The notes beneath the pieces were generated by a model. It did not search any database and was not told where the DNA came from. It saw nothing but the letters and a program-made list of their open reading frames with translations. Both the position numbers and the translations under genes were made by a program. From assembly GCA_002104945.1 (NCBI GenBank), contig MCFH01000040.1:434001-498000 (forward strand): a stretch of DNA of 64,000 bases. Reading direction: 5' to 3'. This DNA is from Piromyces finnis finn. Lineage: Eukaryota > Fungi > Neocallimastigomycota. This document shows positions 39,930 to 52,190 of this stretch, one piece after another (within the stretch, counting starts at the first letter, position 1; the number at the start of each line of letters is the position of its first letter).

Positions 39930-41693
39930 TTATTGTTCATCTTGTTCATCTTGTTCGGTTTCGTTCTTTATTGGTTCAAATTCAATCTTCTTAGCTTCAT
40001 CTGGAAGTGAAGAGTAAATTGGTAAAGCAACTGATTTATTAGTTTTAATACTAAGACGTTGAATGTTCTTCCACTTTCCTGGGACTTTATCAACTATATA
40101 ATTAATAGAATACATAATATTTTCAGCAATTTGTTCTGGAGTTTGACTAGTTAATCCAACTTTTATTGAACTAAAATATAACAAAAAAAAAAAAAAATTT
40201 ACAATATAATTAGTGTTATAATTAGTATTGTATTCATTAAAAAATAACTAATTCTGTTATATAACTAGCTAAAATAAATTCTTTTATACCTGCAACCACC
40301 ATTATTAACAAAGAAATAAGTTGAATTTAATGCATTAGTAATTTCTTTTAATAAGACACCTTTCTTCATTTTAATTGGAACTGGTTGCCTATGTTTACAG
40401 AAATTAATATTTATAATTATTATTCGTGTAATTAATATTAACTATATCATCATATCTAGTTATATATAAAAGACAATAATTACTTTTTCTTTTCATAAAA
40501 AGTCTTTCCAATTAACTTTGGAACAATTGGGATAATACGATCATCTGCTAAAAATATATCATATGAACTACAAAGTTGTCTCTTAGCTTCATATGGCTTG
40601 TACTTCTTCTTTAATTTGGTAACACCAATGACCTTTTTTTTCATTTTTTTTATTTTATTATTATAAAATTATATAAATGTATTATATATTTAAAATTTTC
40701 AATTATTTTAATTATATATTATACATTATATAATAAAATTTGAATATATACCTTATTTATTCTAGTTATACCAAGTTCTTTAAGCATTTCCTTGTATTCA
40801 GATTGTGGATCTTTAGTGATTAAACAAACTTCAGAATTTTCATCAAAAATTGGATATTTAAGTGGACTATGTAATAATAATTAATACATTAATCAAATAA
40901 TCTTATAATATAATAATATAAAAAAAGAAATTTATATTAAACAATAACAAATTCAACATTTTATCCTTACATTTTTATTGGCTTTACTCTTGAATTATCT
41001 GGAAGGATTTTTGTAGATAAAACAAGCCAAACTGGTGAATCATCGGCAAGTAAATCATTTTTCTTTGTAGATTCAAAGTATTTTAATAAAGCTGAAGTAG
41101 CCTTATTAACCTGTAATATTAAAATATAAATATAAATTAATAAACAATTAAAATTAATTGTTTTTATATAATCTTTTTTTTCTCTTGTTTTCCCTCTTAT
41201 GTTAATTAAACATGTTAAATGGAATACTATGAAATAAACATTTATTAATTTTCATTCGTAATATAAAATGAAAAAATAACATATTTTGAAAGAAATTTTA
41301 TAAAAATTTTATTTCATCATAGAAATAATTTATTATTTCTTTAAATATTTCTCAATAAAAAATACTTATATTTTATATTTTAAATTTAGTAATAATTTTG
41401 TATGTAATTTAATTAATTATTAATTTTTAAGATAATCTCTTTAATTTATCACTTTTCGTTTATTTATTTATTAAATCAATTGTTATTTATAAAATTTTTC
41501 GACATAATGTTGATTCTATTATTCTCTCATATAATATAATGTACATTTAAATATTGGATTTCTTAGGTTTATTTTTAATTGATTTTGATTATTTATAAAT
41601 ACTTGATATTTATACATAATTGTATTTAAATAAAGATACTGAACGCTTAATTAAATTTAAAATTATAATAACCTGAGCTTCATTAAGTTCCAT
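39930..41693 (-). CDS. RSL1D1: Ribosomal L1 domain-containing nucleolar protein (RSL1D1/Utp30/Cic1-like), about 6 exons
   Basis: MELNEAQ|VNKATSALLKYF; PLKYPIFDENSEVCLITKDPQ; KVIGVTKLKKKYKPYEAKRQLCSSYDIFLADDRIIPIVPKLIGK; ALNSTYFFVNNG; SIKVGLTSQTPEQIAENI...KWKNIQRLSIKTNKSVALPIY. Confidence 0.88.
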
Positions 41694-42593
41694 TATATTA
41701 ATCTTTCTATATAAAAACTTTTAATACAAAAAATTTTTAAAAAAATAAAATTTAAAAAAAAAAAAAAAAAAATTAGATTATTTCGACAACGAATAAAATA
41801 ATTTTAAATTTTTATTTAATATATATTAAAATTAATAATTTTTAAAATTTTTTTTTATATTAGTTAAAATTATAATACAATTATTATTTTACCGTAACCT
41901 GCTTTTGGTCTTTTTTTCTGGTTATGTTGTGGTTAAAATCCATATTTGAAAAAAAAGTCTAATACATTAAATATTAAGATTTTACCCAATCACATTATAG
42001 ATCAATAAATTTTATAAATTACAATTCAAAAATATCTAATCAAAATGAATTTAAAATGTAGTTTGAATGTTCAAATAACAATTTATATTTATTAAAACTA
42101 TTTAGTAAGGGATAATGCTTATATTTTTTTTTTTTACCACCATTGTTGTGGTAATATGCAAATCTAAATAATTAAAATATTAAATTTTTTAATTAATATA
42201 TGATTAAGTAATGACACCTATTTTTATAAAGTATTACCACATACTACAAACAACATAAAAACACAACAATTATAACACAATATTTAATAGTATATATATA
42301 TATATATATTTATTTTTTTTCCAAATAAATAATTTAAATAATTTATTATATAATAATTATAGATTATTAAGAATATTAAATAATTATAATTATTGTTAAT
42401 GTATTAATTTTTTTATAAGTTTTGATTTTGACTTATTAATTTAATTACATGAATTAAGAATCATTGAATTAAAAATAAAAAAAGTTGATAAAGATAAAAT
42501 ATTTGAATTTGTTTTTTTTTATTCATTTTAGTATTTATTAAACTTTCTTGTTGATTAGCTTTCTCCAATATTATTTGTATTACTTTTTTTTTT

Positions 42594-43856
42594 CTATGCT
42601 TGACATTGTTGAATGAGCGTTATATTATCACCTTTTAATAATATACGACCTAATTCCTTTCTAGTCTTCTTTTTCATGGATACTTCTTCAGCATCTCTTA
42701 AAACCAACTTTATATTTAAATTTAAATTAAAATTTTAAATTTTATTTATAAATATTTTAATAAATGTATTATTATACTTCAAATTAAATTTTTATATAAA
42801 TAATAATTATTTATTAACATACATTCATGAATTCATCAAAACCAACGATGACACCTTCAATTCTAATATCGGTTTGTTCATATAACCAAACTTGAACTCT
42901 AGCACCCTAAATTTATTATTTTGTTATATTAAAATAGATATATTTAATTAATAATTTATAATTTTTATATGTATTTTTGATATAGTTAAATTAATATTTA
43001 TACTTACAGATTGTAAATACTTAAAAATTAAATTCTATAAAAAAAATAACAATTAAATTATAATTAAATTTGTTAGTAATATGTTTTACAATTTTGAATC
43101 TTTTTATATTATTTACTTTTATTTATAATTAATTTTATTTATTTATTTTTTCAGTAAATTAAATGATTATAGATTATCCCTTTATTGTAATTAGTTATAT
43201 ATACTTTAATTAATCATAAAGACATTGTCTTTATTATCACGATTTCTATGATCTATATTTTGCAAAAATTTTAATAATTCTATAAATCATTTCAATAATT
43301 AAATTATCAATTAAGAAATTTTATTTAAATTATTAAAATTATTAATTTTAATCTTTGAATTAAATTCAGGATTAAAAAAAAAATAAAAATGTTAATAATT
43401 AACATAAGTTTCCTTCCAAATAAGCTACTGATACCATATTATAATGTACGATGAAATCAATTTTGATATATATTTGATCATTAAATATTAGCTATAATAA
43501 TTATAATAATAAAAAGGAGTGATTGTGATGTCTGATCCAATTGATTAATTTTTGAAGAAAATAAATTATTTATTTTTTTTATTGTAATTTTATATGACCA
43601 ATTATAAAATAATTGCTGATGATTATTTTACTACTTATAAATATTTATTTTTTATTCAAGTTTATTTTGCATATATGAAACTATATTAAATGAATTATAA
43701 TCCATTGAAGCTTTTTTTATTTTCTTTAATAAATATATAAATTTTATTTATTTATTTATTATTCCTTTTTTTTAAAAAAAAAAAAAAAGCATGACTGCTT
43801 TAAATGGTATTTACAATTGGTAATTGAGAAATCTTCTTGACTTTATTTGCTTGCAT
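42594..43856 (-). CDS. SME1: Small nuclear ribonucleoprotein E (SmE); complement(join(42594..42707,42823..42906,43008..43034,43815..43856)), 88 aa
   Basis: Spliced protein [88 protein letters not shown], matching SmE Sm1/Sm2 motifs. Not in the ORF track. Confidence 0.96.
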
Positions 43857-43990
43857 TTTTATGTAATAATTTTATTTAAAAATAATAGAGATTACAAATT
43901 TTTATAAATTAGTAATTATTTACTTAAAAATATAAAATTATAAATAATTTTTTATTAAAAACTATTAAAATTATTATATTATACAATTTT

Positions 43991-44004
43991 ATATCACGTG
44001 ATAT
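43991..44004. promoter_or_regulatory. 14-bp perfect palindrome ATATCACGTGATAT (CACGTG E-box) in the SmE/DPH3 divergent promoter
   Basis: Exact palindrome, roughly centred between the two ATGs (43856 and 44150). Confidence 0.55.
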
Positions 44005-44149
44005 TAATTTTGAAAAATAATTTACTAATTGACGAAGTTTTTTATTATTACTTTTATCTTTAAATTTAAAATTTAATTTATAAAATAGTATCTTTTTCTT
44101 TTCTTTTTTTTTTTCTTTAACTAAAATAATTACAAAAAAGTGATAAAAT

Positions 44150-44460
44150 ATGGATACCCCTTATGATGAAGTAAGTATTAAACCATATATTAATTATTTA
44201 TATATTTTGATAAATTCAAAAATGATATGTAAGAAAACAAATTTCAAATCAATTTGAAATTTCTTTTTTTATTGACTTTTACAGTAAATTAAATTTTTCT
44301 ATTACATTTTTTCTTTCTATCTTTCTTTTTTTATTCTCATTACTATTAGTTAATTAATTAATTATTATTTTAAAAATATTAAAATAAGTTTTCCTTTTTT
44401 TTTTATTTTATTTTATCTTTAAAAAAATATTATGCTATATTAATGTTTTTCCATAAAATT

Positions 44461-44501
<41 letters not shown>

Positions 44502-44817
44502 TTTATTAGATTGAAATCGAAGATATGACTTTCGATAAAGAAAGACAAGTTTATATCTATCCATGTCCATGTGGTGATAAATTTGAAATTACTATTGTAA
44601 GTTTTGAATATTTAAAATTTAAATCCTCAAAAAAAAAAAAAAAAAAGTATAAGTAAATATTAATATTTCAATGCAATATTTTAATATTTAACAGGATCAA
44701 TTAAGAAATGGTGAAGACATTGCTCAATGTCCAAGCTGCAGTTTAATAATTAAAATTATATATGATCCAAAAGATTATTTAAAAGAAGAAGAAAGTACTG
44801 AGGAAACTGAAAATTAA
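44150..44817 (+). CDS. DPH3: Diphthamide biosynthesis protein Dph3/Kti11 (CSL zinc finger); join(44150..44170,44510..44596,44695..44817)
   Basis: [60 protein letters not shown], with the CPCG/CPSCS zinc finger. Not in the ORF track. Confidence 0.96.
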
Positions 44818-46356
44818 GAAAAATCTACTTCTAATGCAAATTTAATATATATTTAAAGTGTCTCGAATAACAAAATAGTGTTATGTTATGGAATCAAAAA
44901 TAACAGTAATTTAAAAAAAAAAATAAGTTTTATGCATTTAAATAAAAGAATTAATTACTTAATTGAATAATATTGATAATGCTATCAAATTTTGTTATTT
45001 TAAAATAATATATATTAATAAATTAACCAAATTTATTCTTTTCATTTGAAAGATACCCGATAAAAACATGAATTATTTAATTGTAATTTCGAATTAATAT
45101 TTTTAAATGCTTAATAATTCATATGATAATTATAATAAATGATAAAATTATAACCTTATTTTTTTTTATGTATTTCTTCTATTATATTATTATATATAAA
45201 ATGAAAATAAACTATTGATGAAGTTTACCGACGATAAAGATTATTAATTAAAAAAAACTTTAATTTTTAAATAAATCTTCCTACGTTGTTAGTATAAAGA
45301 TTGTATTGTATATGTAATTGTAATAATAATTTCATATGAAAATGAAGGGTTATGTTAATCATTTTAATCTTTAATAATTTTTATTATGTGTTTAAGAAGT
45401 GTTGAAGGTTTAAACTATATCTATATGATTTCATCATTTTTATTATACAAAAAGATTTTTATATTTAGATATTCAACATTCAAACATTTCATTATCATTA
45501 ATGTTTTCTTTTCAATTTTTATTATATCCATTATATAAATTATAATATGTAATTATATTCTTATTACTTCAAAATTAAACAATAAACAATTGAAAATTTA
45601 ATGATACTAATTTGATTAACATATAAATAATAAAGACTATACTTTATAGTCTATACTTTATTGTTTTTATTATATATATTAATAAAATTAGCATCATTAA
45701 ATTTTCAATTTGTTTATAGACTTACTATTTTCTTATTATTAAAAATAAGATATATTCATAAATGATATTAATGCTTTTATTTATTATTAAAAGTTATGAT
45801 ATTCTCTTCAATGGTTTTTATAAATTTTTTTTTTATTTTTTAATATATAATAATTGAAGTAAAAATATATATACCATCATTTATACATAATAATTTGTGT
45901 AAAGTATTTATAAAAAACATTTTTTTTTTATTTTCTTTAAACTTTATTAATTATTATAATCATATGAATTTGTTATCAATTTACTATATTAAAATAAAAT
46001 AATTTAATTAAATCAATTTTATTATTAAAAATAAAGTGAACAAAATATGTCGTATAATATATATTCCTATATTATTATATTATTTTAGATTTAATATAAA
46101 AAAGAAAAATCTTGATTAAAAAAAAAAAAAAGTTAAAAAAAATATATATATATAAATATAGGTATATATAAATAACATTGAAATTATGAAATAAAAAGAA
46201 ATTAAAAGCTATAATATTTGATATATTACAACAATAAGCATTAAACAATAAATAATATAATAATAAAATAACAAAAATAAAACGTAAAAAATAAAATTAA
46301 ATTATTTGTGAATTGAAATTTCATTTAAATATACATTCTTTTTAAAAAATAGGAAA

Positions 46357-47953
46357 ATGAATATTGATATATTAAAAGGCTCAATAGTAAAACTATTAAT
46401 ATCAATATTTTTAGGTTTCCCATTATCATTCATATATCGAAAAGTTTTTATCCAAAATAAAAAAGGAAATGAATTCCAAAGAAATTTATATACTTTTATT
46501 TCAGGTTTTTTCATTTCAATAATTTTCAATGGAAAAGACTTTTATCACACATTGGTAACTTTAATAGGAACATATTTAATAATTCAATATGTTAACCCAA
46601 AACATATTACTTTGATAAGTTGGTTATTTAATTTTGGCTATTTGTTAATTTCATATTACATGTATAGTTCAACGGAATATGATTTGAATTGGTTGACACC
46701 TCAGTCAATTATATGTTTAAGACTTATTGGTTTAAGTATGGATTATTCTGATGGTCAAAAGAAAGGGGAAACTAAAAAAAGTAAAAATTCATACACTGGA
46801 TTAACCCCACCATCTCAATGGCCTATTCAGGAAAAACCTGAATTATTAGAAATGTTAGGATACTGTTACTTTTATGGAACATCTATTGCAGGTCCACAAT
46901 TTTCATTTAAACGTTACAAGAAATTTATAAGTTTAGAATTATTTGAATCAAATAATACCTCATTTGACAAAGATTTTGAAAAGCTACTTGATTCTTCATT
47001 AAAACATAGTATAAAACGTTTTATTCTAGGTATTCTTTATAATGCTACATTCGTTATTGTAAGCAGGTATTTTAGCAGTTTATTTTTATTAACGGAAGAA
47101 TTTACTCAATATAATCCATTGAAAAAATTTGTATATATATGGATAGCTGGAAAATATGTTCTTTTTAAGGTATAAAAAATGATTTATTAATATTTTATTA
47201 TAATTATTGATAATGTGCACTATATAATAACATAATAATTATTCTTTATAGTATTTTGGCATATGGATGTTAGTGGAGTCTCAATGTATATTAAATATGA
47301 TTCAATTTGATGGATTAAATTCTAAAACAAATGATTATTATTGGAATGCTATTAATAATATTGATGGTTTTAAATTTTCTACTGCTTTTTCACTCGATGA
47401 CCTAGTTGGATCATATAATATTAAAACAAATAACTGGGGAAAACACTATGTTTATAAAAGGTTTGCATTTATAGGTAATAAACAAATATCCTCTTTAATA
47501 AACTTGACCTTTTTATCAATATGGCATGGCTTTCATGTTGGATACCCAATAAGTTTTTATTTTGAATTTGTATTATTTGTCCTCCAAGGAATTTTAAAAT
47601 ATTGGTTTAAGCCATTAAATCAATACATGAATTCTAATTTAGAAATAAATAAGACCTTATCTTTTAGAATCCAATACTTTATTTATCATGTTATATGTAA
47701 TATTTTAACAATTGGAAGTATTTCATATCCTTTAATGGCATTTGATCTTCTTACATGGAATAAAATTAGAGTCGCATATAATCATGTTTATTGGATAGGT
47801 CATGTTATAGCACTAATAATGATTTCAACTCATATAATCATTTTAAAAATAAAAAGTTCATCTAAAAAAAGATTAATTAATGAAAATTCTTTAAAATCGT
47901 CTGGAAAAGATGAAAAATTAGAATTAACCGAAGAATCTAAAAAAAAGGAATAA
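46357..47953 (+). CDS. MBOAT-family lysophospholipid acyltransferase (Ale1/LPCAT3-like); join(46357..47169,47252..47953)
   Basis: LEMLGYCYFYGTSIAGPQFSFKRY; YNIKTNNWGKHYVYKR; FLSIWHGFHVGY with the catalytic His; multiple TM segments; lysine-rich ER-type tail (SKKKE*). Confidence 0.9.
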
Positions 47954-48415
47954 ATAAGAAAACTAAAAAGTAATATTAAAAAGTTTAACAGTAATTATTA
48001 AAATAATAAATAAAAACAAATTACAGTGAATAGAAAGTATTATTATATCCTATATATAAAATCATTTATATAATCATAAATAATATAAAATATTCCTTAT
48101 TCTTAATATTATTTATTATTAAAATAAAATTAGTAATTATTATTATACTAAATACTTTTTTCTTTCTTATTTTCTCTTCTTTTTAAATATAATAATAAAC
48201 ATATATTAATTATAAAAATATTAAAATATAAAGAGCAAAAAATAAAAAAATAAATAAAAAAAAAGAATAAAAAATAAAAATACCAATAATAAATTATTAT
48301 AAAAATATTGTGCTAAAATGTATTTCTTTATAAATATCATACTATTATTTGTTTATTTTTAATGAATAATTTTCCCCCCTTTATTTTATTTTCTTTCTTT
48401 CTTTCTTTCTTTCTT

Positions 48416-48461
<46 letters not shown>

Positions 48462-48824
48462 TTTTTATTTTTATTTTATTTTTTTATTATTTTTGATGTT
48501 TTGATTTATTTTGATTTTCGATTTTATGGTTAATAATATTATTATTATTATTTATATAAATTGGATATAATATTGTGAAATAAAAAGGAATATATATATA
48601 TATATATTCTTTAAATAATATTATGAATATTATACATACATATATATATACTTATTTTACAAACTTTAGATTAAATTAATATTTTTTAAAAGAAGTAATA
48701 ACTTTGAATAATTATAGAAAGTATATTACTATTGTATTGTTTTTATTAAATTTCTATCGTATTATATGTTATGATAATAATGATGATAATTGTCCTTTTT
48801 TTTTTTTTTTTTAAAAAAAAAGAA

Positions 48825-51800
48825 TTAGAGAACACCTTTTTGTTTTAATAAAGTAATGAAACGGTTATACTTTTGACGTAATTGGTTGTTTAAGTTATAT
48901 AATTCATCATACTTTTCATCTTTTTGTTTAAGGGCTGCTTCATGTTCTTCCATCATAGTTAACATTTTCTTATTTGTATTTTCTAATTTAAGTTGATAAC
49001 GCTCTAATTCACGCTTAAGTGATTCATTTTCCATTTTAAAGTTACTAGTTTCTTCTTCAATAGCAGCAAATTTTCTACGAAGATTCATTAATGTTTCTTT
49101 ATTTATCTCTAGTTCACTTCGGATTTCCTCTAATTCCTTATTGAGATTAGCTTCATTCTCATCCTTTTGCTTTTGTAATGTTTCGAATTCTTCTGTTAAA
49201 CTAAACTTTTCGTTTTCAATTTTATCCATCTCATTGTAGAGCTTAAAGATTTGATTAGAAAGGGAAGAAACAATTTCTTCGTGATTAGCATGGGAAAGCT
49301 TACGAGAAAGTTCACGATCAACCATTGCAATCTTTTTAATATTATTGTTATGAGATTCAGATTCTTCATGTGTAAGTGATTCAGGTTCGTTCACTATATA
49401 TTGATTATTTGAATGACTATCATAATCTTTTTGGTTTCCTTTCATTTTTTCTTGAAGTGCCTTAATTTCTTCTTCTTTTCTCAATAGATCCATTTGACAG
49501 GTCTTATTTTCTTCTCTTAAATGATCCATTATTTGAGTACTTTCTTCCAATTTACTTGAAAGTTCTTTAACTCTGTCATTGAAATGTTGGTATTGTTCTT
49601 TCATATCAGAAAATTCATTGCTACTTTGTGTAAGTTTATTTTCTTTTTCTTGTAAAGTTTTCTTTGTTTGTTCTAATGTTTGTTCGAGTAATGAAATACG
49701 ATTTTCCTTATCTTCTTCTTGTTCTTCCTTTGATTTTATAATAAGTCTACTTTCCTCAATCATTTTTTCTAATTCAATATTTCTACTGTTTAAAACATTC
49801 ATATCTTCATTTTGCTTATTCCAAGATATTTCGTTGCTAGAAATCATAGCTTCCAATTCACGAATCTTTTCTTTAAGTTGATTTTCACGTTCCATAAATT
49901 CATTCCTATTAGATTCAGAGATAGATTGTTGTAATTCATTACGAAGATTTTCAATTTCTTCCTCTTTCTTATTAAGAATTCTATTCATTTCATCTGCAAC
50001 ATTATCTTTAAGGTTAGCTTCCAATTCACTATTTCTTATTTTGGTATCTTCAAGACATTCATTGGTATAATCAAGTTTTTCCGTTAAATTGTTAATTTTG
50101 ATACGGGATTCAGTTTGGACAGCTTCCAACATCTTACTATAAATATCTTTGATGTGGTCTATTCTTTTTTCTAATTTATCATTAACCTCTTCCATTTTAT
50201 GAAGAGATTCCTCATTCTTTTCAAGCTTTTTAAGACAATCTTTATACATTGTATCAGATTTTATATAGAGATTCTTATTTATATTTACCTCTTCTTTATA
50301 CTTTTCTATTTCGTGAAGCATTTCTATTCTAGTTTCACTTGATTCAAAACTATCAATAATATTAATGTCTTTTATTATCAATTGATTTTCATCGTTATAA
50401 TAAACAGTATCAGCAGTTGCTTCTTTGTCATCTATTTCACTAACATCAATTATACTTCTTCTATGATCAATATTAGTTTTTGCTATCAATTTATTTCTCT
50501 CTTCATTCCATTTTGTTAAAATTTCTTTAACCTTAACTTCTAAGGTTTCATTTTTTTCAAGTACTTCAGTTAAATAGTTTTTCAAACTAGTAATATGATT
50601 ATTTTTTTTAACAATGGTATCATTTAATTTTTCATTTTCTTTTTTAATTTCAAGATGATTAACATTTAATAAAGCCAAATCATGATTAGCTTTCTCATAA
50701 TCTTGTTTTACTGATTTATAATCTTCTATTATATAATGATTATCTTCTAATTCAGCTAAAATTTTTTTGTTTTCACTTGTTAACTTTTCAACTAGTTCAG
50801 TTTCACTTTTTAATTGTAAATTAACAGATGCTAATTCTTTATTTTTATTTAAAATATCTTTATCAGTTTTTTCTACTACAGAGTTATAATTTTGAACTGA
50901 AAGTTCATAATCTAAAGTAAGTTTTCTTTTTTCTTTTTCATATTGTTGACATTGCTCTGTTAATTCACGAACTTGTTCATTTAAGTTAGAGACAACATCA
51001 TCATGTTGATTATCAATTTGTTGTGTTAATTCTTGACATTGTTGCTCTAAATTTGCACATCTTGTCTTTTCATCTTGTAATTGATTTTCCAATTCTTTAA
51101 ATTCATATAATTTATCATCATAGCCCTTTTTATAATCATTTAATTTTTGTTGAATTAATTTTGTTTCTTCTTCGGCATCTTCTTTTTGAATAAGAATAGT
51201 TTGAAGCTTTCCATTTAAGATATCAAAGTTATCACTCAAACTATCTTTTTCATTTTTTACTCTTGACAATTCATTAAGAATCTTTGTAAGTTGTTCCTGT
51301 AATCTTATTTCCTGTTTTTGGAATGAGTCAACATTTGTTACTAATAATTCTGCTGCAGTAATATTTCGAGGTGATTTATTTACAAATATTGAATCACTAT
51401 TATTAAGATATTGGAATGATTTCCAATAACTCTTTCTATTCATTTTTCGATTCGTAATATAGTTATCTAAAATTTTACGTTCTAGTGAATTATCAGTCTT
51501 AAAGTGTTATATAAAAATATATATACGACACAATAGTAATAATAATAATAATAATAATAATAGTAATATTAGTATAGGTATTTAGAAAATGTAACATATC
51601 AAAAAAAAAAACAAAACAAAAAAAACATATATATATATATATGTATATAAATTACATCAATTTGTAATTGCTTAACGAATTCAATTTCATTTTGACATTT
51701 TTTTTTTTCTGTATTTATAAGTTCTCTACAAACATCTTGGTATCTTCTTATATCATTATTACAATTACTTGACAGTAATTCAACTATTAATTTTATATAT

Positions 51801-52190
51801 TAATTAAAAATAATTAATAAACGTAAAAGTGAACATTTACTTTTATAGAATGTATATTTTAAAATTTTAGTTTGAAATTTCTAAATTTAATTTTAAGCCT
51901 ACCTGCTTGTAAAGCATTTATTACTTTATTTGGATTAGTTGAATTCATGGCCAAATTAATTATATTTTTTATTTCAATTTGAATATTTTCAAGAGTTCTT
52001 TGATTTAACTCGGAAAGCTCTTGTTCCCTCTATTATATATATAATAAAAATAATTATTAAAATCAAAAGAACATAAACATAAAGTATAAAATTTTAATAC
52101 TTCATTATTATATATATATATATATATTAACACTCCTATACATACTCTTTGAAGAGAAAATATTTCATTTTCACTTGAATTATAATTCAT
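48825..52190 (-). CDS. Long coiled-coil protein (~1000 aa) of unknown family; exons approx. 52190..52146, 52030..51903, 51783..51657, 51497..48825
   Basis: 872-aa ORF rich in E/K/L/N/Q heptads, plus three upstream exons that join in frame via GT-AG junctions (MNYNSSENEIFSLQR|REQELSELNQR...|VELLSSN...LQID|TDNSLERK). No diagnostic motif recognised. Confidence 0.8.

Noticed and set aside
41112-41330. Box C-like ATGATGA (minus strand, ~41320) in the RSL1D1 intron; similar words at 11442, 19916, 56618
   Set aside because: No downstream box D (CTGA) or terminal stem at a plausible distance.
46357-47953. Intron-poor MBOAT gene as a possible horizontal transfer
   Set aside because: Motifs match eukaryotic Ale1/LPCAT3-type enzymes, it has a canonical intron and an ER-type tail, and its composition matches neighbouring genes.
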